The notes beneath the pieces are model-generated. The model was not told the origin of the DNA. It was given only the letters and a program-made list of their open reading frames with translations, and ran no database searches. Made by a program: the position numbers and the translations under genes. DNA of 64,000 nt from Octopus vulgaris (lineage: Eukaryota): NCBI GenBank assembly GCA_951406725.2, contig OX597814.1:67890001-67954000 (forward strand), written 5' to 3'. Positions 11,111 to 25,104 of this stretch are shown here, one piece after another. Within the stretch, counting starts at the first letter, position 1, and each line of letters starts with the position of its first letter.

Positions 11111-12523
11111 CCTACATTAAAAACCTACATTCAACTTGAAGGAGCATATAATGAATTTTGGTATAACTCCTACAATTAAGCTTGTTTGTCCATCCAAACT
11201 TGACATGAGTAGATTAAAGAAAAAATAATATTTAAAAATATATCTAAGGTGGAAATTATACATGGGACTCACCACCTGACAAAATAAAGATGACATTTTG
11301 CATTGGTTTATTCAATTGATAATAAATACAATATCTCTTTCCTTCAGTTTGATATAGGTATTTACTACTCTTCCATCTCACCTATACTCCCGAACAAAGT
11401 CCTTATTTTTACTCAACAATTACAGACTTGACGAAAGTGCTAGTTGATATTGAAACTGCTTGGATAACTTCGACATCACAATAGGATCATAAGACTCGCT
11501 GCAGGCCACTGACTTGGTCGAATTATTCTTACTGTACCAGTTAAAGGATGAACGATTAACTCAAAGACCTCGACGAGGACAACATTCTTAACAGCTACTT
11601 ACACATCAATATCACTTGGAAGACTCCGTTAAAGAGTACGTAGATGTTTTAGAGAATATCACCTTCCCCTGTATTTGGAAAAGAATATTAAATAAGTTAA
11701 TTTCCAGCACATCACGCTAGATCTTTGTATTGGACTATAACACTCCTGCCATAAAAAAAAACAAAACGTGAAATCACATTATATTCATCAACTCTCCAAG
11801 AACCATAAGCCTATAATTAAGAGCTTGATTGAAATTCTTACCACTCTTGTCTCAAAACGTTTAGTTAAGGAACGGTGTTCTACGGATGGTGCTGATAGTT
11901 ATAACGAAGAATCGGATATAATAAAAGTAATACTTACATGCATATATAATAGTAAATGCACAAACTTAGTACCTAATATAGCAGATCTAGTAACTATAAC
12001 ATTATATTTAATGAGACCATAATTTTCATGGAAAATAGTAAAATGAATACATATGATAACGAAAAAACAATATTAAGTTAAACTAATCAGGATACTAACA
12101 TGAGTAGATTCATAAAGAAAAAAATACGTATAATAAAGTTACTAATAATATAAGTATAATAAACTATAGATCAATTACCCTTTGTGATGGAGAGAATTGT
12201 AATAGCAGCATTGGAAGGAATACTACTAACTTAGAGAGTAACAAGGTAGATGGAATACCTAGTCATAAGTAGGTAGTAACACAAAATCTAATCTAGCACC
12301 TAATAAATAATGATATAAATAGCAGAAAAAATTGTAATATTACTATAAGAACTAAGAAGAGGAAACATAACTCATCGCATATTGAAATTAACATATCTGA
12401 AGCATTTTGATATACTTCGAAAAAATTTCCCACCACAAACTAAATAACACCCTTTAACTTGTACAGTAAAACATTGTTACTCGAGTCCTCCAATCTCTGC
12501 TGATGATATTTCTGCCACTAATA

Positions 12524-13782
12524 TCAGGTCATCCCATGAGTTATGTCCGATTTTACCTTTTTTAAAATTAAATGAAATTTAATTGTATTTTAGAATGTCT
12601 AATGGAATTTAAAATTATTTTTATGCATTTGTGTACATTTAAACTAATTAAATATTATTTTACAGAATAATAGAATTAAAATTTCTTTGATTAAAACCCT
12701 TTCTAACATGGAAGTATCCAAAGAGCATTTAAGGCACATAATGCTTTATGGAAACTCTGCAGCCGAAGCGACTTGAAACAATAGAAAAGAATGCTTGATT
12801 GAAAGAACTTGCAGAAGATAGTTTGCAAAATTCAGAAGTGGAGATTTCAGCCTTGAAGATAAAGATCGAACAGGACGTCCAGTTGAGTTTGATGATAAAC
12901 TCTTTGAGGCATTACTTGAAGAAAATCCTGCATTATCAGTTGAAGAATTGGCAATAAAGCTTAGTTCAAACCATACAACTGTTCATCGTCATCTTCAACA
13001 ACTTGGAAAGGTTCCTAAACTTGGAAAATGGGTGCCTCATGAAATGTCCGAAAGTAACCGCAAATCCCGAGTTGACATCTGCTCTTCTCTCCATTCTCGC
13101 GAACTCATTTCACCCTTTTTGGATAGACTTGTGGCTGGCGACGAAAAAGGGATCTTTTATCGAAATGTTAAACGTCGTGAACAGTGGCCTGGTAAAAGGG
13201 AAAAAGCTCAACCACAACCGAGAAGGGAACTTCATGGAAATAAAGGTTCTTTTCTCTATCTGGTGGATTGCAAAGGAGTAATTTATTTTGAATTGTTAAC
13301 ACCTAATGCAACAATCAATGCTCAAGTCTACTGTCAGCAATTAGAGCGTTTGAACCAAGCTTTGAAGCAAAAAGACCCGCTTTAGTGAATAAAAAAGGAG
13401 TGATGTTTCATCAGGACAATGCGCGACCCTACACTGCAAAGATCACATCACAGATCGAAGAGCTTGGTTGGGAAAAATTCCTCATCCACCTTATTCTCCC
13501 GACCTTGTTCCTTCAGACTACCATTTGTTTCGTAATGTACAGACTCATTTGGGGGACATAACTTTCGCAAGCCAGGAGGAGGTCAAAACTGGCATTTCAG
13601 AGTTCTCCGCTTTGAAACCAAAAGAGTTTTACATTGATGGGATTAAACAGCTTGTAAATAGATGGAAGGAAGTCATAGATAATGAGGGAAAGTACATTAA
13701 TGGTTAAATTTCAATTAAATATAACATTTGATCACTTGTTTTCTTTATTCAACATTCGGACAGAACTTATGGGATGACTTGA
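12524..13782 (+). mobile_element. Full-length mariner DNA transposon (DD34D), decayed
   Basis: 27-bp TIRs TCAGGTCATCCCATGAGTTATGTCCGA / TCGGACAGAACTTATGGGATGACTTGA, TA TSD at 12522-12523 and 13783-13784, length ~1.26 kb. Confidence 0.95.
12708..13707 (+). pseudogene. Mariner transposase pseudogene
   Basis: WVPHEM, AGDEK, HQDNA and HPPYSPDLVPSDYHLF motifs, with stops and frameshifts. Confidence 0.93.
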
Positions 13783-15025
13783 TAGTTAAAACTAATTCTA
13801 AGTCACTGATAATTGATACCTGTGTGGTGCCCGTCTCAATTAATTATGCATACATAGGACAAAATAACAGCAATAACATTAGCAGGCAATGATAACATAC
13901 AAGTAGATATCATAGCAATTACTATGTTATCAAACTAGGTACTTTATGTACTGCTCCAGTATCATGTGAATTATCACTTACTTATAGTCATATTTACAGG
14001 AAAGGAACTGAAAGTATGTGTAATCGTAGTTGTCAATCAATGTCTCCTTAAGCGGTATCGTCTTCGAAAAAGTAATGTCAATGTAATGTCATCACCCATA
14101 ATGAAGTTAGGCAATATATTAGCTCGACCATTTATATTTTAAAAGCTAGGTACTTTTCGCACAAGCGCTCTTTCTCTAATTCGAAATTATGCCTTCAACG
14201 CTACTGTCAGAATACCAATGGAACCTGAAACCTAAAGCGGTCAAATTTAAACACGACTGGAATATTTTATATCCAGTGACACTACATGAGTCTGAAAGGT
14301 GTGAATATTGTTTACTTGTTAAATTCTAGAATTCTTACAAGCAAATAGTAACATACTGAACAAAATAATGAGGTTTTAGTTAATTGCAACCATAAAATAC
14401 TAAATGTCTATATAACTAGAACTATGAATAACAGTTAAGTGTTACTATTCTCCTTATATAATGGTTACTGCCTCCATAAAGTCACTAGGAAATGTTTCAG
14501 AGTGATAATCTTTGACGTAAGCTTTCTCCCAATAACTTTTTTATACAACAAATATTTCTAAACAACTAGGTTCTGTTTAATATGATACGCCTCAACAAAT
14601 ACTATAATCGCAAATTTGTCTCTTATATCTGGCTTCTGTGCTAACATTTTATTACTTATTACTTACAGGCTTATTACTTATTTCCGTAAATGTTGCAAGT
14701 GTTGTTATGTTATCTGCGATGATACAAGTATACTCTATATGTATCTCTGCATACACACGTCAGCGTTTGTGGATTGAATTTTTGCCTGCGCACGCGCGCA
14801 CATGCATGCATATATGCATGTGTGCGTACAACTGAATATAGATATATGTACGCATATGTATATGTGACTGTGTATACATGGCAATGTATATGTTTGTGGG
14901 TATATATATGTGTATGCGTGTGTGTGTATATTTTTCTTACATAAACGCATATAGAGACACATATGAACGTATACATATGCTTGTTTGCACATACACACAC
15001 ACACATACACACACGCGCGCACACA

Positions 15026-15070
<45 letters not shown>

Positions 15071-15399
15071 AACTTATACGAGTCAATGGATTCTAGTAAC
15101 TGTTGCTGATAAATTAAGAATTTAGCGTTTATTAATCCAGACATAGTGGCTGTTTTGTCATACATCTTTTTTTCTTTTCTCCCTTAGTTAACTTTTATCA
15201 AAGAAATATGCTTCGGTGGCGAATTTTCCGACAGTCATTTTGAATTTATAGTTTCCTTATGAAATGGATTTTATCATTGATGCAGAAACAAACGTAGAGA
15301 CAAGAATGTTTGAATAAATAATCTCTTTCTCTTTTTACATAATCTGAATGTGAGCGTATGTGTGTGTTTGTGTGTGTGTGTGTATTTGTATGTGTGTTT

Positions 15400-15612
15400 A
15401 TGTGCGTGTATCTTTGTGTTGGTCTCCGTTTACCGCTTGACAACTGGTGTTGGTATGTTCCTGTCCTCGTAACTGAGTGGCTGGGCAAAAGAAATGATAG
15501 AATAAGTACCAGGCTTAAAAAGAATAAGTAGTGAAGTTGATTTATTCGACTAAAATTCTTCAGGACGGTGCCCCAGCATGGCTAATCACTAAAACAAGTG
15601 AAAAATAAAAGA
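15400..15612 (+). mobile_element. SINE 3' half
   Basis: CCGCTTGACAACTGGTGTTGG...GATAGAATAAGTACCAGGCTT...GGTGCCCCAGCATGGC matches the other SINE copies. Confidence 0.7.
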
Positions 15613-18600
15613 TATACTCATATTCATATATATGAAAGATTATCTCTTTTAATGAGTTTTTCACTCACTGTATAATGTATGTAAAATTCAAATGTCTGAG
15701 TGTGCATGCGTATATATTTATTAGTAAGTCATATGACGAAGGGCAGCCTTCCTATTTTAGTAACAGCAGATATAACGTTACAGATTACCACAAATATATT
15801 TACATATCCTAGCCGTATGAAGGACACAATAAGCAGGCAAGTATATTCTAGTTGGTTATGTTACTAAAAGATCTAAAGATACTAATGATCACGATTGGTG
15901 ACATCGAACGTTTGGCGAAGTAGCAAAACCAAATAGAAAATCTGATGATGAGCAAAGAGCAGTTAAGAATCGGAGGAGGTCCAGGTGGAAAACTTTTAGA
16001 TCACTTCTTGTGCCTAAAGTTAAAGCTATTACTGATACGGCTGACAATACTGATAAGTTACCAGTAATAATATACCTGAACGTTGGTCGCTAAGTCGAAT
16101 TGCCTTTTTTGCATTTTTGCTCTGGCGTTTGTATGTGTTGTAACAGCACTGACAAAATACAAGAACCAATAATATATGAAATGTGATAAAGTGAATCTGG
16201 TAGGCATTTTCTGTGATTCTTTAAATGAGTCTGATGGAACGGTAGAGTACTGGTGGGTGTGCTAGTAATAGCTAAAACTTTCTATCTAGATTATCTTCCA
16301 TAAATAATGTAATGATTGTTCTGCGATGGAGCTACTTGCAAAAGATATCAGGAGGAAAATATATTTATCTTTCCTTACTTTATCGAGGTATATCAGTTTA
16401 AGAACGGTATGTTGATATTGATCGTACCCTAAGGTACGCAAAGGTATTAGAAGAAATGATGCAGCCGAAACGATGTTTAATTTCATAGAAGGGAAAGCGA
16501 CAAGAAATTACAATCTCTAGAATCTGCCATAATATAGACTCGTCTTTTCCTGCAGAGGAAAAGTGACATTAAAACACTGTCTGTCATGGGCACGCATGCG
16601 CACGCATACACACATACATACACACATTCACACACGTTTGGGTGGACAAGCGTGAGAAATAGAGCCTGGTAAAATGTGACTGTGTGTGTTTGTTTGTTTG
16701 TGGTTGAGATGGGGAGGCGAAAGAGGAGAGAGACAGAGAAGGGGAAATAGAGGGGGAGAGAGATAGAGGGAGAGTGTGTCTGTATGATCTGTATATCATC
16801 ATAGGCTCGTAAGAAGGCTAATCCTTTTCGATTTACAATTTCCATGATGTTTAAATTTTCTTTCAATTACATTAATCAAATGTCCAATAATTTTTCTTCC
16901 CGAAAGGCTTATGAATTTCCTTGCAGTTAATTGAATTGCGAAGTGTAAGACTTGCAGATTCCATAGGATCTATATTAATCAAAGCTTGGACTCATCTATT
17001 GATTAATAAGATATGATTGTAATATAGTGCTGGTAAAAAGAAATGAACCTTTGATTGGTTGTTTTGAATTCTCTTGATTCGTACATCAGTGTCGCTTCTC
17101 TCTCTCCTCCTCCTCCTCTCTCTCTTTCACACACATACTCGTACATTTGCATAGATGCATACGTAATTACAATCACATACACGTGCACGCTCACGCACAC
17201 GCACACACATATGCACGCATACAGTTATTCTTCAATAAGACATTAGAGTAACCAGGTGTACAGTACATACGTGTTGAATCCTACATTTTTTAAAGCATGT
17301 GTAATCTAGATTGATTCTGTTTACTTTAGCGAATAAAATCTACTTGACAAATAAATGAAGTGTGACCACTTAGTACTTTTTCTGGTGTTTGCACACACCC
17401 ATCCTATCCCTCCCGATGACGACGACCACCACCATTTTATACAAACATTTGTTGGTTTGATTTGCGAAGAAATCTGATCTGTTTTGTTTATGTACTTCTT
17501 TGTTTTAGATATTTTATATTTTCTCCACCATTCCAAAGTTTTTCATTCCCATCGAGTATATTTTAGAAGCAGGAAAATTACATGTTGATGTAAATTCTTC
17601 TCTTAAGTTACTAAGTGTGTGAATTACGTTATCAGCTGCTGGGCCCCATAAGTTAACTCTCTCTCACACACGAGGGAAATTGTATTTAGCAACTACAAGA
17701 TCATCCACAGAATCAGTTTAAAAAAGATTGAGAGAAACCAAATATTCCTGAAATGAAAGTCTGTCATCTTGAAAAAAAAAAAGGGAAGGTCATATTGGAT
17801 ATATGATATTAGGAAGACTGAGTGAGAAAATCACCAGTCGTCACTGTTTGAATACCCTCAAACATGCGCTCAGTAATCAGAGCTGGATCAAGGCTAAACA
17901 ACATTTTAACTATTGGGTAGGAAAGAAAATCCTGTCACATTTTTGACATGATGGATCTAAGGGTACTTTTTCTCTACGTAGTATAGATACAAAATGGGCT
18001 CTTCAGCAATGGAAGCGGCAAGAAATATTCGGTATGTGTATAGAAATGAAGCTTTAAGTTTCCAGGCATGCTTTGGCAGTTTCATTCAAGAAATTGTCCC
18101 CTTGTTGCTTCCCGTTGAACATATTCTGTCAATACTGAATTTTGAAAACCGTAACTGAAGAAAATTCAAACCAATCTGCATGAATATTAGGAAAACAGTT
18201 CAATTATAATCACTTTTCAATAATAAAACACATTCACAAACTAGGAAAGTGTTTAAAGTTTGCTGCTGTCACCGATCCATCGCTCTCCCCAAACAGTCGC
18301 GCTGCTCGTAAGTCACATACGTCAGCATAGAACCAAGCAGAATGCGCCCGTCCCAATTCACCAAAGACCTTCGGTTTTGTTGCCACGTCGCGCCTCCATC
18401 GCTCGGGCCCATTTGACAGCTTTGTTTCCCTCGTGATTGAGAGCACGGGCCATAGTTCTGATAACGCAGCCTTAGTATTTCGCCTCGAAGAAACAGTCAA
18501 GGGCCATTCTCACCACTGCATGTCGCTCACAATGCCTTTACTAATAGCCTTTTCTAGGTTGCTTACTAGCTCACCCACTAATCTATCTCTTCTATGGCTA

Positions 18601-21289
18601 GCTCTTTCCTAAATGCTATTGATTCTACTCTAATCACCCTCTTCAAGGTACCCTATTACCGGTTGTTGACGACTGCCCCCTAACCACCACCACCTTAATA
18701 ATAATGACAACTCTTCCAAGACTAGAAGTTTTAGAGAGAGCGGTTAATTGATTACATTGGCTCCAGTACTTGATTCGTACTTTAATATATCGACCCTGTT
18801 TGGAGTATAAACATGTTTTATTCAGCTTTTCTTTTCATATCTGTCTGAGTTGCCTTCCTCTTTTGACTGTTATTGTTGTAATGCTTCAGATTCTATTCAA
18901 TCTTTTCAACGAAAGATTGTCAGGGATGAGTGAAAAGACAGAAAAATTAAAATAGAATCTGAAGCAGCTATAAGTCCACATTCTGAAGTTCCAGAAGCTT
19001 GAGACCTCATACACAAAAGAACAAATGACTTTTTAAATACGACTGTGTTACTATAGTAAATCTTATAAGCTTTATTACGCATCATTGCATTTTTACGCAT
19101 CATAGCTTTTTTACACATCAGAAAAAGGGATTTGTATAGAATCTTCTGCTGAATACTTATGCTCTGAAAATGATTGATTAGAAAACAAATATACTTCAAA
19201 TATTTTGTTTTTAGATATATTTTCTTAGCGGAGAGTTAGCAAGTCCTTTCGAACTTCAAGAGAAAAGTCTGCTGAACATTCTCTTAGGAGATTGAGGTTT
19301 CGCACACTTAATCTTTAATCGAGACAGTGTCTCAAACGTCAAGCTTTCTTCTCAAAGCAGGTTATTTTTTTCAACTACTTCCTTACTTGGAGATTTAGGA
19401 CCTCACTAGTTTCCTTGGATTCTGGATGTTACAGCATCCTTTGAGATTTTCAACAAGATTTTATTGTCATATTCACTATTCAGTATTTTCCTTCTCTATA
19501 TATTTTCTTTCACAAATGCTAGGTTGCAGTCTCTCTGGAATAAAAGTATTTTGGTTGTGAACTTCTATGTATTCTGAATGTATTTACTCAACAACACTTG
19601 CAAATATGTACAGGCAGTAATGACAACATTTAGAAAACAACTGCTACAATATTTGTCATAATTTAGTAATATTATATCACAATGATTACGAGAACATATT
19701 TTATTTCGTGGAACATATTTTTATAAAAATGTTGCTTTAAAGGCCATTGCAGACCTGATTAGTAGACCAGTGATGTGTATATTGTCACAAGCATTCCATT
19801 GTCTCTGTTGTAAATGCCTTAACTTTTATAGCTACTTCCTAACCAAATATCTATTATAGGACATTTGGCTCACAGATGTAAGTGGCGAGAATATTGTTAA
19901 ATTGTTTACTTGATTCTATGTATATCCTCTTTCCGAAAAGTCGGTTGCTTCAGTCTATCAATTGAAAAGCATGCTAAGCTTCCTTTTATGAGATTAAAGT
20001 ATTGAATCCGAAGAAACTGGCAAGAGTTTAGGTTATCAACAGTAGTGTAAGTAAATTAAGGAGAGTTTCTTGGCAGTCAATAAGCCATAAGGAATGGAAA
20101 AAGCTCACGGAGTGTTATACTACAACTGAATATTTTAAGTATATATAGACAGGGAGAGAATTCCAAAGGGACAATATTATTGGGCTGAAGGACTAAAATT
20201 AGTAATTAATGCAGGCCTTGTGGGTAGCTATAATATGGCTGGTTATATTTTTGCAGAGTATTGAGATGATTCACTACCTGAAGAAATCTGTATTAGTTTA
20301 ACCGTTATGATGAAAACTGAAAAAATAAAAACTTTTGAATATGAAATTATATTTAAACAGTTATCTATTAACGTGCAATTTGCTCAACTACAGTTGTTTC
20401 ATTGTTAATATGAATATAAAATAATTCAAACGGAGAGAATGATTATTCTATCAATACATATTCAAGAAAATAACATCAGTTTCTTCACACAAGGCACATA
20501 ACACGTGAAATGTAAAGGCTGTAAAGTTCATGCATTTACTAATCACTACAAACTTTGACATATAGGACAGATTCATTTTAAAATGCTGTATAATGGGACT
20601 TTTAAAGATAGAGCTTTATTGAACCTTGAATGTAGCTGTAGATGCAGAGATTATCAATGCTATTGCTGTGCGAAGAGTGAATCTGTTAGATACAACATAC
20701 AATAAAATTTGCGGAGACTTTTAATCTTTTAAAGTAGTATTGCATAGCACTTTGCTTCTATGACGCTGGAATAGAAATAGCAAAAAATATGTTAATCAAT
20801 CAGCGTGCAGATATATTGAGGCTTGTGTCATTTTAATACTTCTAACATTTTATTCGTATTTTTCATTCTTTCCTATCGCTAGTTAGAGCCAAAAGTAGTT
20901 TAGCAGCAAAAAAAAAAGTAATTATGTTATTGTTGCTTAGCTTCAAGTTAGCGCACTGGTTGAACGGACATGATCAAAAGCCTTCAAATTGTGACTATTC
21001 TATGATATTATCACATAGAGCATATTTAGGAGGACATTATCCAATGTCCTCTTTTAAAAATATGGATGGGGTTTATGAAAAATTTGATTGCTGTTTCTTG
21101 CAGGTTGACTGACCACGTAGAAGCTCTTTCACTGACTCATAAAAAGTCATTATTTCTTCATATGCTCAGAGGAACGGCGACACGCTAATTATGCGAAAAT
21201 CTGATTAAATAAATCCAGGGATCATGTAACTGCATTATTCACATCGACTTTATAAATATTTCTTCTATCCCCCTGCCTCTACGTCCCTC

Positions 21290-21767
21290 TCTTCTCTCCC
21301 CACGTGACTGGTTTTCGGCCAAGCCTGATCTTTCTTTCATGGTTCGGCCGTTGTCCGTGCAACATCTATATTCTTCCCAGTGCCTGTGAAATCTTGTATC
21401 CCTGCCGTAAGGCTTTACTTCCACACACACCAGCTTAATTTAATTCATCCTTAGACGAAAGACACCTGTTGTTAATTTCCTGTTATTTGTATTTGTGTAA
21501 CTTTCTCCGTTTTTTCCGTCCTTGTTTTCGTATACATTCGCTGCTTTCTTCCAAGGAATCTAATGCTCTTAGGTTAGATTTTCCTTGGGGTTGGCCAGAT
21601 TGGAGCAATCTGGAGTATAACCAGCCGAAACTGTAAAGATAATCTGGAACTCGACTCTGGAAAGAAAACTCTGAATGACCCGTCCTTGTTTCCTTTGTAT
21701 CATCTATCTGGATGTTTTATTGTCCATTTCTTGTATCACCTAACTGTCCCATTCTTGTCCCATTTTA

Positions 21768-21770
<3 letters not shown>
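21290..21770 (+). repeat. Non-coding interspersed repeat, family A copy 1 (PLE-derived?), ending in (TA)n
   Basis: Aligns with 34075-34583: CACGTGAC start, CTGCCGTAAGGC, TTCGTATACATTCG, AATCTAATGCT, CAGCCGAAA, GAATGACCCGTCC, CTTGTCCCATTTT. Confidence 0.75.
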
Positions 21771-21839
<69 letters not shown>

Positions 21840-21844
21840 TACAC

Positions 21845-22015
21845 ACATTTTTTTCTCCCCTTGTTTTTTTGTGTCCCTTTCTGTAGAAGAGCGTAGGAAT
21901 AGAAGAGCCCAGGAACAGAAAAAGAAGACTTTTTCTATTCCTGAGCGTTATACTAATACATCTGTTTGTTTTGTACACCACCTGTCTTCGTCTTTTGTTT
22001 TTTTTTCGTAAACAC
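21845..22015 (+). repeat. Solo fragment of PLE pseudo-LTR with disrupted HHR
   Basis: CTTTCTGTAGAAGAGCGTAGG and TTCCTGAGCG..ATACTAATACA...CACCTG.CTTCGTCTTTTGTT match 8830-8970. The 3' half of the HHR is replaced. Confidence 0.75.
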
Positions 22016-22096
22016 TCTCTCTCTCTCTCTATATATATATAATATGTGCGTGCGCGCGCGTGTGTGTGTAGGTGTTTGCGTGTATGCGTGTGAGTG

Positions 22097-22176
<80 letters not shown>

Positions 22177-22872
22177 GATAGATAGATATGCATGTATATA
22201 TGCGCGCGCACCCACACACATACGCGCACATGTGCTCACACAACAACAAAAAAATTCTTCTGGTAAAAACTGACCCTTGTTCAGGGTTTCATCGGACGAC
22301 AGAAAACTTATGACAACTCTCGTTGATAATTGTGGGAACTAAATGGTAAGCACTTCATTATCATTGGCGCACAGTATTTAGAAACAGCAGAATCCAACTA
22401 GTGTAGATGTTTTGCGATACGATACCAAAATAAAATTTTCATGTGTTGCTGTTACAGTGAATTTCAGTGTTATGACATTAAGTCCGAAATGCGATAAATA
22501 ACTCATTTAACCACCCTTCAATAAGGTAGATTTAATTTGAGTACTACACTCACCTGTCTCCCTCATAATATCAACCCACGTCTTATACCCATGGAATTAA
22601 TATATTAAGTTTCTGAAAATATTGCGTATTATAGATTTTCTTTTAAAGCAATTTTCATGTTAACTAATTTCATAAGATTATAGTTCTGACAGAGCATCAT
22701 ATACTTTTAAGGGGAGGGGTATATTCAATTATATTGATACCAGTATATATCTGGTGCTTTATGGACCTCTTAAAGAAAGAAATGTAAAGTTCACACACAC
22801 TCACGCATATACATACACACATACATACACACATACATACGTACATCCATCCATCCATCCATCCATACATAC

Positions 22873-22909
<37 letters not shown>

Positions 22910-22922
22910 GATAGATAGATAT

Positions 22923-22989
<67 letters not shown>

Positions 22990-23307
22990 AAAAGAAAAAA
23001 TGATACAAGTCCACCATTTACTGACTTATATATAATACAAATAAGAAAATGGAGAAACAAATTCATTTCGATCATCAACTTACGGATATTACAATTTCAC
23101 ATTGTTTATTAATTATACAAATGGGAACATGAAAGTCGAACAAAACAATATACATCAACATGTAAAATAATAATAAAAATTAAAATAATACAAATAAACT
23201 GCTCCTTACAGCTGTTTCAGCCTATGGTCAAGAGTCAATCCAACTTAAATTGCCTAGGGGTCCATTTAGGAGGATTGTAAGAGGTCATATGTATATTTTC
23301 TTGAATA

Positions 23308-23424
<117 letters not shown>

Positions 23425-25104
23425 GTATGTATACATATGTATATATATATATGGATATGGTTTTTTAAAAATATTTTTTTAATTTAAAAAACTTTTTAAA
23501 ATATTTTTATTGGCAGTTCATGATGATTTTCTCTTCCACTTTCATGTGTGTATATGGGAATAGACGCATACATATTTATATTTATTTATATGTATTCCAT
23601 TAAATGCAGGTTTGCGTTGTCCATTTTGTACTTTTTTGTGGAAGTATGCATTGCATATGTATAGCTGGTTTTGTCCATCGAATGATTTTTGGTTTAAATT
23701 TGCATATATGTGCATGTATGTATAAATGCCAGTTGTAGGTGGAAAATAATTCAGTGGACCTAGTTGTTTATTTACGTATTGCATAATTATATGTAAGCTT
23801 GCGTTGTCCATCGTTTACTTTTTGGTTTTAGTATACTTTGATGTGTATGTATGTATAAATGCAATTCGTATATGTAAAATAAGATAATAGATATAATAAT
23901 TCTTTTGTTTACTTAACACGTAACCCTATAGGCATAATTCCCTTCTTAGGTATAAATCACTTATTAAGTATTAGTACATACACGACCGTATGTAAGTTTG
24001 CGTTATCAATCGTTTAATATTTTGGTTTTAGTATACTTTGATGTGTATGTATATATAAATGCAATTCTGTATATGTAAAATAAGATAATAGATGTAATTA
24101 TTATTTTTTATTTTTTGTTTACTTTTATTCAACATTTTATTCAGTTTAGATAAACTATTATGATCTGTTTAATTAATTTTCTGACCCCATATTGTTTTGA
24201 AGCAGGCCTAACGGATGCGTTTAAATGAATTAGCCAATTGGAAATAGATCAAGAGTTTACGTGACTGCTCCCTGAACCTTAATATATTTTGAATATTTAA
24301 TATGCATAGATTAAATTGCCAATATTTTAAATGACTGCTCCCCAACCCCCAGTATAACTTTAAATATCTTTATATATTTAACATGCATACTTTAACGCAA
24401 ACCTCGAACTGAATTAAACTTGGACATGGAGTTACTACTATGTTTTTTAAATTAAATTTATTTGATTATGCGGATGTATTAACTTTAATATCCATATAAC
24501 AGCAATGTAAACACTGTGAAATCTGATATGCATATAACAGGGACTTATATTTTGTGGAACTGACCTTACCTGGACTTGTAATTCGGACTGAATGTTTTGG
24601 ATGCTAGAATTTAACTTATTCGTGTTAAGCGGATGCGTTAAGTATTATTTAGATTATGTTTGTATAACATATTCATACGCAAATATCTTGTTTGTGCATA
24701 TGTGTATATATATGTGTACGTGTGAACATTTATACTTCGTACCTTGTTTCATGAATTTTTGATACGTTGTTTATTATTACCGTTAAAACAACATTATTGT
24801 TGGTTTTGTTAAAAGTGGTAGTATATTACGTTAGAATGCATTTACTGAACTATACGAAACATGATAATCCAATGTAATGTGATATATTGTTCAATGTTGT
24901 TCTTTATGTTTTTTGCACATGTGATTAATATGTACGATTTGCCTATGTATGTATATGTATGTATATTTGTATATTTTATATGTATATATGTGTTTATAAA
25001 GGCGGTGCTCCAGCATGGCCACAGTCAAATGACTGAAACAAGTAAAAGAGTAAAAGAGTATATATATATGTATGTATTTTGAATATCCGTCTTATTTATT
25101 TTCT

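Larger units (their letters stand above)
11270..14420 (+). pseudogene. Highly decayed Naiad-like Penelope element (RT + GIY-YIG), split by the mariner
   Basis: Translated fragments, joined across frameshifts: KDDILHWF..DNKYNISFLQFDI..YYSSISP, FDITIGS*DSLQATDLVELFL, HYIHQLSKNHKPIIKSL, KNFPP. After the mariner: RQYISST..KARYFSHKRSF, EYQWNLK..DWNIL, CEYCL..NEVLVNCNH. Confidence 0.7.

Noticed and set aside
16440-16870. Possible host first exon or promoter (127-aa minus-strand ORF)
   Set aside because: No recognisable domain or convincing splice pattern, and partly microsatellite.
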